Source: a virus
Lineage: Duplodnaviria > Caudoviricetes
Strand: one strand, 5' to 3'
DNA: 48,163 bases
Virus record (IMG/VR): IMGVR_UViG_3300020716_000011
Location: 1-48,163 of that record
Shown: positions 28,050 through 36,623 of the stretch, piece after piece
Position numbering within the stretch: the first letter of the stretch is position 1
Layout of the letters: each line of letters opens with the position of its first letter
Notes under the pieces: generated by a model
Database searches by the model: none
The model's input: only the letters and a program-made list of their open reading frames with translations
What the model was told of the DNA's origin: nothing
Made by a program: the position numbers and the translations under genes

Positions 28050-28370
28050 GTGACCGAGGCTTTTCAACAGATGCTCGAAGAACTGGAATCCCACTCCCTC
28101 GTTGTAGTGTTAGCTCCCTCGAAGCGGGCTGACCGTCGAGACTGGGACCATATCCGCGTGTGTGCGGATGTTCCTCCGCGCTGGTACCGTCGGCTCTGCG
28201 GCCACCACCCCTCCAGCCGAGGCGTGCGTCGGGGCAAGTTCGATACCTGCGTGCGTCGGCAGAACATTCTGCGCGTGCTGCGGCGGCTAGCGGAGGGCAA
28301 GCCGAGCAAGAGCAAGTATGTTGAAGACCTCTCCGCCGTGGCTCGGAAGATCGAGGCCACACCCTTTTAA
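28050..28370 (+). CDS. Hypothetical basic protein
   Basis: Arg-rich ORF filling the gap between SSB and polymerase. Confidence 0.6.
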   Translation: MTEAFQQMLEELESHSLVVVLAPSKRADRRDWDHIRVCADVPPRWYRRLCGHHPSSRGVRRGKFDTCVRRQNILRVLRRLAEGKPSKSKYVEDLSAVARKIEATPF

Positions 28371-28378
28371 CCTCCCCC

Positions 28379-30376
28379 ATGTCCACCTATCACCTCGATT
28401 ATGAGACCCGCAGCCGGGCCGACTTGAAAAAGGTTGGAGCCTATCGCTATGCTGCCGACCCGAGCACTCGCATTCTGATGTTCGCTATCGCCCGGGACGA
28501 AGGTGAGCCGCTGCTGTGGGACTGCTTGAACGGTGGCAAAGCAGCACTGGCGATGCTGCAAGAGGCTCTGGCCGATAATGAGGCTCTGTTTTGGGCACAT
28601 AATGCCGAGTTCGAGCGGGCCATTTCCAAGTACCGCATGAAAGCCGATCTGGGGCTGGACCCACCCCCGGTAGAGAAGTGGCGGTGCACGGCAGCTCTGG
28701 CTCGCAAGGCGGGGCTGCGCTCGAGCCTCGCCAACGTGGGCGAAGACCTCAATCTCGGCCAGAAGAAATTCGGCGAGGGCTACCAGCTCATCCGCCTGTT
28801 CAGCATCCCGCAGAAGGCCACCGGGGAGTTTATCGAGCCTCACGACCAGCCGGACAAGTTCCTGCGTTTCGGCGAATACTGCCTACAGGATGTCCGCAGC
28901 GAGCGCGAGGTACATGCCGCCCTAAAGCCATTCGAGCTGAAGAGTACACCGCTGGAGACCTTCCTGTTCGATGCCCGGATGAACGATCGAGGCATCCCGG
29001 TGAACGTGGCCGCGCTGCGACACGCCAAGAAGATCATCGAAGAAGTGCAAACCTCTGTAAGCAAGGAATTTGTAGAACTCACGGGTCTCCAGCCCACCCA
29101 GCGGGACAAGGTCAAAAACCTGCTGGAATCGATCTACGGCGTGAAGCTGACCAACATGCAGTCCAAGACGCTGGACGAGGCGATTGCCTACCACGAGGAG
29201 GCCGAGGAAGAGGAATGGGAGGCTGAGGCCGAGCCGGATAACGCGATTGCACGCCGAATCCTGTTCCTCTACAAGCAGGTCAGCTTCGCCGCCGTCAAGA
29301 AGGTACAGACCATGCTCGATTGCGTCTGTGACGATGGGTTCATCCGAGGCATGTTCCTCTACCACGGTGCCGGCACAGGCCGCTGGACGGGTCAGAAGGT
29401 TCAACCCCAGAATTTCCGCCGTCCGACTATCAAGGATGCCGATGGAGTGTATGCCCTGCTCTGTCGGGGTGCCTCCGCCGAGGAGCTGGAGATGGTGTAC
29501 GGCAACCCGCTCGAGGCGATTGCCAACTGCATCCGCAACTTCATCCACGATATCACCTGCCCGATGTTCGATGTAGACTATGCCGCTATCGAGGCCCGCA
29601 TCATTTGCTGGCTAGCCGGGCAGGAGGACGCTCTCGAGCGGTTCCGCAAGGGCATTGATAGCTACTGCTACATGGCCAGCATAATTTACAACCGCTCGAT
29701 GGACCAGATCAAGAATCCATCCCCGGAGCGCGAGCTGGGAAAGCGCACCGTGCTAGGGTGCGGCTTCGGCATGTGGTGGCCCAAATTCCAGAAGACCGCT
29801 TGGGACCAAGGTCGGGTGCGGCTCCCCGATGAACTTGCCGAGCGAGCGGTGCTGGCCTATCGAGATTCCCATAGCGAGGTTGTCCAGTTCTGGGACGACT
29901 GCGATGCGGCGGCTCGGCTAGCGATCGCTACGCCCAACCGAGTGTTCAAGGCAGGCCGGGTCACCTTCCGCACCATCCGGGTGGGCCAAATTCCGTACAT
30001 GTTGATGGCCTTGCCCTCGGGCCGCAACCTCGCCTATCCTCACCCCCGAATCGAGAAGCTGGAAGGCGATGATCGCCACTCCATCACCTACTACGGTCAG
30101 CTCCCCGGCACCACCAAGTACGGTCGCGTGAAGCTCTACGGCGGAAAGCTCGCCGAGAATGCTACGCAGGCCACCGCTGCCGACCTCATGGCCCATGGGG
30201 CCGTAACCGCCGAGAAGCGGGGCCACACTATTTGGGGACTGGTGCACGACCAAGCCCTTGGCCGAGCCTACGGCCCGCTCGAGTCTTTCGTCTCCTCGCT
30301 CACTGATTTGCCTTCGTGGGCGGAGGGACTCCCTATCAAAGCTGAAGGCAAAATCGTCCCCTACTACAAGAAATGA
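28379..30376 (+). CDS. DNA polymerase, family A, with 3'-5' exonuclease
   Basis: LDYETRS, AHNAEFER, YCLQDV, TGRW, DYAAIEAR, RELGKRTVLGCGFG, VHDQ. Confidence 0.95.
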   Translation: MSTYHLDYETRSRADLKKVGAYRYAADPSTRILMFAIARDEGEPLLWDCLNGGKAALAMLQEALADNEALFWAHNAEFERAISKYRMKADLGLDPPPVEKWRCTAALARKAGLRSSLANVGEDLNLGQKKFGEGYQLIRLFSIPQKATGEFIEPHDQPDKFLRFGEYCLQDVRSEREVHAALKPFELKSTPLETFLFDARMNDRGIPVNVAALRHAKKIIEEVQTSVSKEFVELTGLQPTQRDKVKNLLESIYGVKLTNMQSKTLDEAIAYHEEAEEEEWEAEAEPDNAIARRILFLYKQVSFAAVKKVQTMLDCVCDDGFIRGMFLYHGAGTGRWTGQKVQPQNFRRPTIKDADGVYALLCRGASAEELEMVYGNPLEAIANCIRNFIHDITCPMFDVDYAAIEARIICWLAGQEDALERFRKGIDSYCYMASIIYNRSMDQIKNPSPERELGKRTVLGCGFGMWWPKFQKTAWDQGRVRLPDELAERAVLAYRDSHSEVVQFWDDCDAAARLAIATPNRVFKAGRVTFRTIRVGQIPYMLMALPSGRNLAYPHPRIEKLEGDDRHSITYYGQLPGTTKYGRVKLYGGKLAENATQATAADLMAHGAVTAEKRGHTIWGLVHDQALGRAYGPLESFVSSLTDLPSWAEGLPIKAEGKIVPYYKK

Positions 30377-30645
30377 AAAAGTACATCCTCGTTGTTCTCC
30401 TCTCGCTCACCTCTGCGGCGTTTGCGGCAGACCCGGCTCCGGTGGCCCCAATCAAGTCCGAAAAAGACCAGATCGCCGAGCTGACGGCTCGCAACACCGA
30501 ACTGGCTATCCGCAATGCCGCGCTGGAAGCGGTCATCAAAGATCTCCGGGCGCAGCGTGACACCGTCACCCAGCAGATGCTGGACGCCCAGCTCCAGATG
30601 TCCGAGATGGTGCGGGCGGTGCAGAAATCCCAGAAGAAGGAATAA
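30373..30645 (+). CDS. Small secreted coiled-coil protein
   Basis: MKKYILVVLLSLTSAAFA signal peptide; ATGA-coupled to polymerase. Confidence 0.7.
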   Translation: MKKYILVVLLSLTSAAFAADPAPVAPIKSEKDQIAELTARNTELAIRNAALEAVIKDLRAQRDTVTQQMLDAQLQMSEMVRAVQKSQKKE

Positions 30646-30651
30646 CCCACC

Positions 30652-30924
30652 GTGAGCCCCATCCAAGAGCTCAGTCACACTCTCAAAACGACTGTCGGCA
30701 GCGACGATCTCAAGCGGCTCAAGCCCCACCTCGGGGGCTGGAACCACCTTAATGAAATCCTCCTGTTGAACCAGATGTCGGCGGAGGACATCAAGAAGCT
30801 GATCCTCATCGAGATCACTAACAAGGGACGCGAGCAGATCCTCTCCAAACTGACCGCTCGGCTTAAAAGTCTCGAGCTCAAGCAACTCCGGGAGCACATC
30901 CGCATATGCTTGAAAAGGAACTAG
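30652..30924 (+). CDS. Hypothetical conserved phage protein
   Basis: Helical 90-aa ORF in replication operon. Confidence 0.65.
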   Translation: MSPIQELSHTLKTTVGSDDLKRLKPHLGGWNHLNEILLLNQMSAEDIKKLILIEITNKGREQILSKLTARLKSLELKQLREHIRICLKRN

Positions 30925-31181
30925 AGCGGAAGATCGTAGCGCATTGCAAACGCAATGGTGTGCTGTGCTATAAATTCGTATCGCCCGGTCGTTCGGGGGT
31001 GCCAGATCGCATGCTGGTATTCCCGAATGGCCGGGTCGCCTTTGCGGAAATCAAGGTACCGGGTGGCAGAGTGAGCGCACTGCAGCAACACGAGCTAAAA
31101 CAACTCCGGCAACGGGGTCTCCCGGCGGACGTTTTCTGGGACTTTGAATCGTTTTCCAGCTGGCTGGACTGGCATCTGTGA
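30906..31181 (+). CDS. VRR-NUC domain nuclease
   Basis: EKELE...KFVSPGRSGVPDR...FAEIK.PGG..SALQ. Confidence 0.92.
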   Translation: MLEKELERKIVAHCKRNGVLCYKFVSPGRSGVPDRMLVFPNGRVAFAEIKVPGGRVSALQQHELKQLRQRGLPADVFWDFESFSSWLDWHL

Positions 31182-32533
31182 AACTGCACCCTTACCAGCA
31201 ATTAGCTGTGGAGCACTTGCTCAAACACGACCGAGCCGCTCTGTTCATGGGGCTCGGTTTGGGCAAGACGCTCTCCACGCTGACCGCCTTCGAGGGTCTC
31301 CGCACCCTTGGGTGCGCCCGCAACATGCTGGTCGTGGCTCCGCTGCGGGTCTGCAACCTGACTTGGCCGAACGAGGTGGAGAAGTGGCCCCAGTTCTCTC
31401 ACCTGAAGGTCGCCAACCTGCGCCAGAAGGAGGGTACGAAGGCATTCCTCGAAGGTACCGCGGACGTCTACCTTTGCAACTACGAGATGCTGCCCAAGGT
31501 GGCCGACCACTTCGAGGAGCACCCAATGGATGTTGTGGTGTTCGACGAGCTAACTCGGGCCAAGAACCACCAGAGCAAACGCATCAACGGGTTCCGGCAA
31601 ATGCTCCCGCCCCACGTGCGCCGCTGGGGGTTAACCGGCACCCCCACGCCGAACTCGCTGCTCGAACTGTTCGCTCAGGTGCGGCTATTGGATGACGGCC
31701 AACGGCTGGGCCGCTCTTTCGACCATTTCAAGCGGACATACTTCTATCCGACGGATTATATGGAGTACGACTGGCAACCGCTGCCCGGTGCCGAGGAGAT
31801 TATCTACGGCAAGATCGCTGATTTAGCCCTGACGCTTCTCTCCAGCGACTTCCTCAAGATTCCCGATACGGTCGTCACCGACCTCGAAGTCGGGCTGACA
31901 GACGAGGCTGCAGCTCAATACAAGGAGCTGGAGAAGGAGCTGCTCCTATCTATCGGGGATGGCGAGGACGTCATTGTGGCGGCGAACGCTGCCGTGCTGG
32001 TCAACAAGCTGCTGCAGGTGACGAGCGGCTCTGTGTACGATGAGAACCGGAAGGTGGTGCGGCTCCACGATGCCAAGTACAAAGCTCTCACCGGCTACCT
32101 GAAGAAGCACCCGGAGCCTGTGCTGATCGCGTACAACTACCAGCACGAGCTGACTCAGCTGCGCGAGATTCCCGGCTCTGTAGCCTTTGTCGACTACAAG
32201 ACCCCGAAGGCCCAGTCCGAGCTGGAGAAGCTCTGGAACGCTGGGAAGATCGCCCGGCTGCTGGTGCATCCGCAATCGGTGGGGCACGGGCTGAATCTGC
32301 AATACGGAGGCTCGACGGTGATCTGGTACAGCCCCACGTGGAGCCGCGAGCTCTACGATCAGCTCAATGGGCGCGTCGTGCGGCAGGGTCAGACCCAGCT
32401 GACGAACATCGTCCGGATTCTCTGTCCCGGCACCATAGACGATGCGGTAATCGAAACCCTCCGCGAAAAAGATGTGGGCCAACGCGCCTTGCTCCAAGCA
32501 CTTACAAACTTTCGGAAGCTTCTCGAAAAATAA
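31178..32533 (+). CDS. SNF2-family helicase
   Basis: LHPYQ, MGLGLGKT, VVFDE, LTGTP, GHGLNLQ, QLNGRVVRQGQ. Confidence 0.95.
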   Translation: MKLHPYQQLAVEHLLKHDRAALFMGLGLGKTLSTLTAFEGLRTLGCARNMLVVAPLRVCNLTWPNEVEKWPQFSHLKVANLRQKEGTKAFLEGTADVYLCNYEMLPKVADHFEEHPMDVVVFDELTRAKNHQSKRINGFRQMLPPHVRRWGLTGTPTPNSLLELFAQVRLLDDGQRLGRSFDHFKRTYFYPTDYMEYDWQPLPGAEEIIYGKIADLALTLLSSDFLKIPDTVVTDLEVGLTDEAAAQYKELEKELLLSIGDGEDVIVAANAAVLVNKLLQVTSGSVYDENRKVVRLHDAKYKALTGYLKKHPEPVLIAYNYQHELTQLREIPGSVAFVDYKTPKAQSELEKLWNAGKIARLLVHPQSVGHGLNLQYGGSTVIWYSPTWSRELYDQLNGRVVRQGQTQLTNIVRILCPGTIDDAVIETLREKDVGQRALLQALTNFRKLLEK

Positions 32534-32535
32534 AA

Positions 32536-32566
32536 CTTTACCTTTCCCTGAATAAACTCCATAGGT
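32536..32566 (+). promoter_or_regulatory. Putative promoter for lysozyme / DNA-modification operon (TTTACC-N18-TAGGTT)
   Basis: Recurrent intergenic motif. Confidence 0.5.
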
Positions 32567-32573
32567 TTATTCG

Positions 32574-32675
32574 ATGAATACTCCTACCACAGTTCGCTCC
32601 ACGGGCTATGCGTTCAAGCTGATCAAGGTCTGGCGCACGAGCACCATTCTGGACGTCGGTCCATTCTCCCAATGA
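32574..32675 (+). CDS. 33-aa small ORF (MNTPTTVRSTGYAFKLIKVWRTSTILDVGPFSQ)
   Basis: Below ORF-track cutoff; its TGA overlaps the next ATG (ATGA). Confidence 0.45.
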   Translation: MNTPTTVRSTGYAFKLIKVWRTSTILDVGPFSQ

Positions 32676-33031
32676 TTTCCGCCTTGTTCCTAGCCGCACT
32701 CATTCAGGTGGAATCCGGTGGCAACGACCTTGCCATCGGTGACCACCAGCAAGCTCTCGGCTGCTTGCAGATTCACCGCGAGGTCGTCCTCGACGTTAAT
32801 CGTCTTACAGGCCGCAGCTACAAGCACGTAGATGCTTTCGACCGAGATAAGGCCATCCGGATTGCTACCGTGTACCTTCAGCACTATGGTGCTCAGCTCG
32901 GCCACGAGCCGACCTTGGAGGATTACGCTCGCATTTGGAATGGCGGGCCACACGGCTGGCGCAATCCGCACACCGTGGCCTACTGGCACCGCGTCCACGC
33001 CCAACTCCTCCGTCTTTCTCCCCACCAATGA
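32672..33031 (+). CDS. Lysozyme-like / transglycosylase protein (candidate endolysin)
   Basis: IQVESGG (catalytic Glu), GCLQI and ARIWNGGP motifs. Confidence 0.85.
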   Translation: MISALFLAALIQVESGGNDLAIGDHQQALGCLQIHREVVLDVNRLTGRSYKHVDAFDRDKAIRIATVYLQHYGAQLGHEPTLEDYARIWNGGPHGWRNPHTVAYWHRVHAQLLRLSPHQ

Positions 33032-33834
33032 ACATCCCACCTGACTTCACCATCTACATCCGCACGTATAAGCGTGACAAGATCGTCACCTTTCAGTATA
33101 TCCCGCCTGAATGGTACCCGTACACCCGGCTGGTCGTTCAGGAACGGGATAAAGACCGTGTCAAGGATAGCCCCGTCGAGAAGCTAGTGCTGCCGCCCGA
33201 AGTAGATAACCTCGGCAAGACAATGGACTGGTTGATGGCGAACTGCCCCACCAAGAAGATGCTCTCCCTAGACGACGACATCACCGTCAACGTCTTGAAG
33301 AACTTCAACCAGTATAACCTGCGCGGCATCACCCCCGAGGAGATGCATGAGGCATTGGCGCGCTGTGCGTTCATGCTCGATATCTATCCCCACTTCGGGG
33401 CGGGCGATCGGCGCGAGGCCCACATCAAATACTTGCACCGCATCCTCGAATGCACCCGGTGCAATCGCTGGCATGGATTCAACGTCGAGTTCTTTCGAAA
33501 GAACTGCCCGGATTTCCGCTTCGCCTCCGTCCCGAATATTGAGGACTACAACATGATTCTGTACCTCCTGACACATGGATACCCGAACGCCATTGACTGT
33601 CAACTGTACATCGGCGACGCCTTCGGCAGCAACTCGCCCGGTGGCTGTCACGATTTGCGCGAGGAATTGGGTGATGGGTACGATGCCAAAGCTCTACAGA
33701 CTCTGTACCCGGCCTTTGTTTCTCTCGAGACCAAGGAGACCAAGACCAAAGGCGGTATTTGGAATCGGACGGACGTCCGCGTACAGTGGAAGAAGGCATA
33801 CGAGTACGGCATGGCGAATTGGGGGCTGCTATGA
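33028..33834 (+). CDS. GT-A fold glycosyltransferase (TET/JBP-associated-like)
   Basis: IYIRTYKR, LSLDDDI (DxD), IEDY, SNSPGGC, LQTLYPAFV, DVRVQWKKA; start ATG 33028. Confidence 0.75.
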   Translation: MNIPPDFTIYIRTYKRDKIVTFQYIPPEWYPYTRLVVQERDKDRVKDSPVEKLVLPPEVDNLGKTMDWLMANCPTKKMLSLDDDITVNVLKNFNQYNLRGITPEEMHEALARCAFMLDIYPHFGAGDRREAHIKYLHRILECTRCNRWHGFNVEFFRKNCPDFRFASVPNIEDYNMILYLLTHGYPNAIDCQLYIGDAFGSNSPGGCHDLREELGDGYDAKALQTLYPAFVSLETKETKTKGGIWNRTDVRVQWKKAYEYGMANWGLL

Positions 33835-34694
33835 ACGAGCTGTTTCCTTTGCTCCGTGAGGAGTTCATCGCCTTCCTCCGCGCCCGCGAGCGGATGCGGC
33901 TACACAAGGAGGTCGTAGGTGGCCCCGGCCCCCACTCAACTGACCCCCTCCTCGCCAGCCACCACTTCTGCAACGTCAACCGCGAGGACGATGCCGTCAC
34001 CCGCTGGGTGCACGAGAACGTCCGGCTGCGGTTCCAGAACAGCTCCCGCAACTTTGTCGTGACGCAGTTGACGGTGGCCCGGATTTTCAACCATCCTCCG
34101 GCTTTGAAGGTAATCATCCCAGTAGAGAACCCAACGCTGGCCGCTCGCCATCTCGAGCAGTACGAGGCTCAGGGCAACAAGGTCATGCGCGGAGCGTACA
34201 TGATGCCCGTCCGGGGCGAGGGCAAGGGCCACCGCGTGGTGAGCTACTACCTCGAAACCGTTATCCCCGCCGTCCTGCGGCTCGATTTCACCTACTGCGT
34301 TTCCCTCGTCAACGTGGCCGAGAAGTTGATGACGGTCAAGAACCTCGGGGACTTCCTCGCCAACCAGATCTGCACTGACCTCCGCTATATGCCCCGGTGG
34401 GGCCGCACCTTCATCGACTGGGAGATGTTCGTACTGGCTGGCCCCGGTACCAAGCGCGGCATCAACCGATATTATGGCCTTGACCTTGAGCAGACTGCCC
34501 CCTTACCTTGGTACACCCGGCAGCTGATGCTCATCCGCAAAGAGATGCCGGACGAGTTCGCCGAGGTTTTCCTCGACCCGAACAACCTTTCCAACTGCTT
34601 CTGCGAGTTTGATAAGTACCGTCGCGCCCAAGACCAACTCTTTGCGCAAAAGAAACCCACCCTCCGCCACTATCATGGAAATTCACTCCCGTAA
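33831..34694 (+). CDS. aGPT-Pplase1 family / 5-hmdU DNA kinase-like protein
   Basis: TDPLLASHHFCNVNREDDAVTRW, ARIFN, GAYM, FLANQICTDL, GPGTKRG, CEFDKY; start ATG 33831. Confidence 0.85.
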   Translation: MNELFPLLREEFIAFLRARERMRLHKEVVGGPGPHSTDPLLASHHFCNVNREDDAVTRWVHENVRLRFQNSSRNFVVTQLTVARIFNHPPALKVIIPVENPTLAARHLEQYEAQGNKVMRGAYMMPVRGEGKGHRVVSYYLETVIPAVLRLDFTYCVSLVNVAEKLMTVKNLGDFLANQICTDLRYMPRWGRTFIDWEMFVLAGPGTKRGINRYYGLDLEQTAPLPWYTRQLMLIRKEMPDEFAEVFLDPNNLSNCFCEFDKYRRAQDQLFAQKKPTLRHYHGNSLP

Positions 34695-35664
34695 TACCAA
34701 CACGCTGATGCCCGTAGTGTACAAACGGCTCCTCAACCAAGGAGATCGTATGGCCTCCCGCAACGGCCCGGTGCTCGCTTTTCCCGAGCCCGTCTCCATC
34801 TGTCTCACCCATCCTTGGGAGCGGGTGAACTTCTCTTTCACCCGTGATGCTAACCCATTTTTCCACGTCATCGAGTCGCTGGCGATGCTCTCCAACACCA
34901 ACTCGGTGCCGATCCTGAGCTATTTCGCCAAGAACATGCTCAGCTACACTGACGACGGTAAGATCTACAATGCCTTCTACGGTACTCGACTCCGGGAGAC
35001 CTACGGCGACCAGCTGAGTCTGGTCATCGAAGGGCTCCGCGCCAACCCGGATAGCCGTCAGGAAGTTGCGCTCCTTTGGGACGCCCGCGATCTGCGCCGC
35101 CAGACCAAGGACAAAGCCTGCAACCTTGCGCTCCTGTTCAGCATCCGCAAGAACGCGCTCTGCATGACCACCTTCAACCGCTCAAATGACGCCATCTGGG
35201 GTGGGGTGAGCGGAGCCAACATCGTCCACCTCTCCTTCTTTCAGGAGTATGTCGCGCTAGCTCTGGGTCGGCCCCAAGGCCCATGGTGGCATATTTCCAA
35301 CAACCTGCACGTGTACCCGGAGAACCCGAAGTGGTATTCGATGTGCAACACCGTGTTCGCCCCCGACCCGTATTCGGAGAACGACCTCAACCGGGTCTCC
35401 CTCTTCGAGAACTTGGGGGTGTTCGAGGTCGAGATGTACCACTTCATGAGCGAGCTTGACGCCCTCGTAGCCGGGCGGAACGACGCTTTCCGCGACATCG
35501 GTTACACCGAGCCGTTCATCAAGGACGTCGCCGTCCCCATGGTCAAAGCATGGTGGCACTACAAACATGGCGAACTCGCTCATGCCCACTTCCTTGCGTT
35601 GTCCATCCTGGCCGACGACTGGAGAAAAGCCGCCACTCAGTGGCTCAAAAGGAGAGAAAAATGA
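34675..35664 (+). CDS. Thymidylate-synthase homolog, probable dUMP hydroxymethylase
   Basis: SRNG, RDANPFFH, DSRQ, KDKACN (catalytic Cys), NRSND.IWG..GAN, NNLHVY; start ATG 34675. Confidence 0.85.
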   Translation: MEIHSRNTNTLMPVVYKRLLNQGDRMASRNGPVLAFPEPVSICLTHPWERVNFSFTRDANPFFHVIESLAMLSNTNSVPILSYFAKNMLSYTDDGKIYNAFYGTRLRETYGDQLSLVIEGLRANPDSRQEVALLWDARDLRRQTKDKACNLALLFSIRKNALCMTTFNRSNDAIWGGVSGANIVHLSFFQEYVALALGRPQGPWWHISNNLHVYPENPKWYSMCNTVFAPDPYSENDLNRVSLFENLGVFEVEMYHFMSELDALVAGRNDAFRDIGYTEPFIKDVAVPMVKAWWHYKHGELAHAHFLALSILADDWRKAATQWLKRREK

Positions 35665-36182
35665 TCCAGAATCTTCGTAACACGTTGGAGGCAGGGAGAG
35701 TTATACGCTACCATGCCGCCACTTCGGTCCAGCCGCAAACGGTGGGCCTTCATGCCTATGGGGTAGCCACCCTAGCCCTGTACCTTACCGGGGGCAAGGC
35801 GTCGTCTGCATTGCTCGTGGAGAGCCTCCTGCACGACGCTGGGGAGTATTTCACGGGCGACATCCCGTTCACCTTCAAAAAGGCTCACCCCGAGATTCGG
35901 GAAATACTCCATAAGTTTGAGACTGCTGCCCGCGCCGAAGAGACGATCCTCCCGGAATCCAAGCTCACCCCCGAGGAGCAGGCCGTCCTTAAGATCTGCG
36001 ACACCCTTGAGGGGCTCATCTGGTGTGCGATACACGAGGAGAAATGCGGCCCGGTGTACCGCCGTTGGGTGGGGGCGTATCGGGTAGCCCGCGTCAAGTT
36101 TACGGAGGTCGTGCCTGAAGACGTCTGGCAGCGGGCCGACGCGGTCTACATGCACTACAACAACGGTCTTGCCCCACTATGA
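35661..36182 (+). CDS. HD-domain nucleotidase (YfbR-like)
   Basis: VIRYH...QTVGLH...LLHDAGEYFTGDIP...KICDTLE; start ATG 35661. Confidence 0.88.
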   Translation: MIQNLRNTLEAGRVIRYHAATSVQPQTVGLHAYGVATLALYLTGGKASSALLVESLLHDAGEYFTGDIPFTFKKAHPEIREILHKFETAARAEETILPESKLTPEEQAVLKICDTLEGLIWCAIHEEKCGPVYRRWVGAYRVARVKFTEVVPEDVWQRADAVYMHYNNGLAPL

Positions 36183-36436
36183 AAAACGCGCTCGAAAAAC
36201 AAGTCGGAGGCACTCACTACAAGATGCCTATCCAGCACGTGGAGTTCTGCCAAAGGAACAAGCTCCTCTGGTGCGAAGCCGCTGCCATCAAGTACATCGT
36301 CCGGCACCGCCAGAAGAACGGGCGGCAGGACATCGAGAAGGCCATCCACTACTTGGAGCTGCTTCTCGACCTCGAGTACCCTACGACGCCTTCTTCGTCT
36401 CCCGATACGCAGTCACCCGGTTCACTCGTTTCGTGA
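36179..36436 (+). CDS. DUF3310 protein (predicted nucleotide kinase-like)
   Basis: QVGGTHY...IKYIVRHRQKNGRQDIEKAIHYLE. Confidence 0.9.
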   Translation: MKNALEKQVGGTHYKMPIQHVEFCQRNKLLWCEAAAIKYIVRHRQKNGRQDIEKAIHYLELLLDLEYPTTPSSSPDTQSPGSLVS

Positions 36437-36623
36437 CCTTGTCCCAGACCGGAAAGGCTCGCACCTCAACGGTGCGGGCTTTCACGGCGGGAGCCAGCAA
36501 CTGGGAGACCCGCTCGGGGCTGCAACCAATCTGCTGGGCGACGGTCTCTTTGGAGTCCCAGCCTTCGGGCAGGACGTACAGTTTTTCCTGAGTCTTTTCC
36601 ACGAGGTGTTTCCAGTTGGTCAT
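36381..36623 (-). CDS. Small HTH-like hypothetical protein
   Basis: PEGWDSKETVAQQIGCSPERV; coupled to phosphoesterase; overlaps DUF3310 convergently. Confidence 0.6.
   Translation of the reverse strand: MTNWKHLVEKTQEKLYVLPEGWDSKETVAQQIGCSPERVSQLLAPAVKARTVEVRAFPVWDKVTKRVNRVTAYRETKKAS

Noticed and set aside
34675-35664. dCMP hydroxymethylase assignment
   Set aside because: Specificity residue is Asn (GAN), not Asp, and the neighbour is a 5-hmdU kinase-like gene
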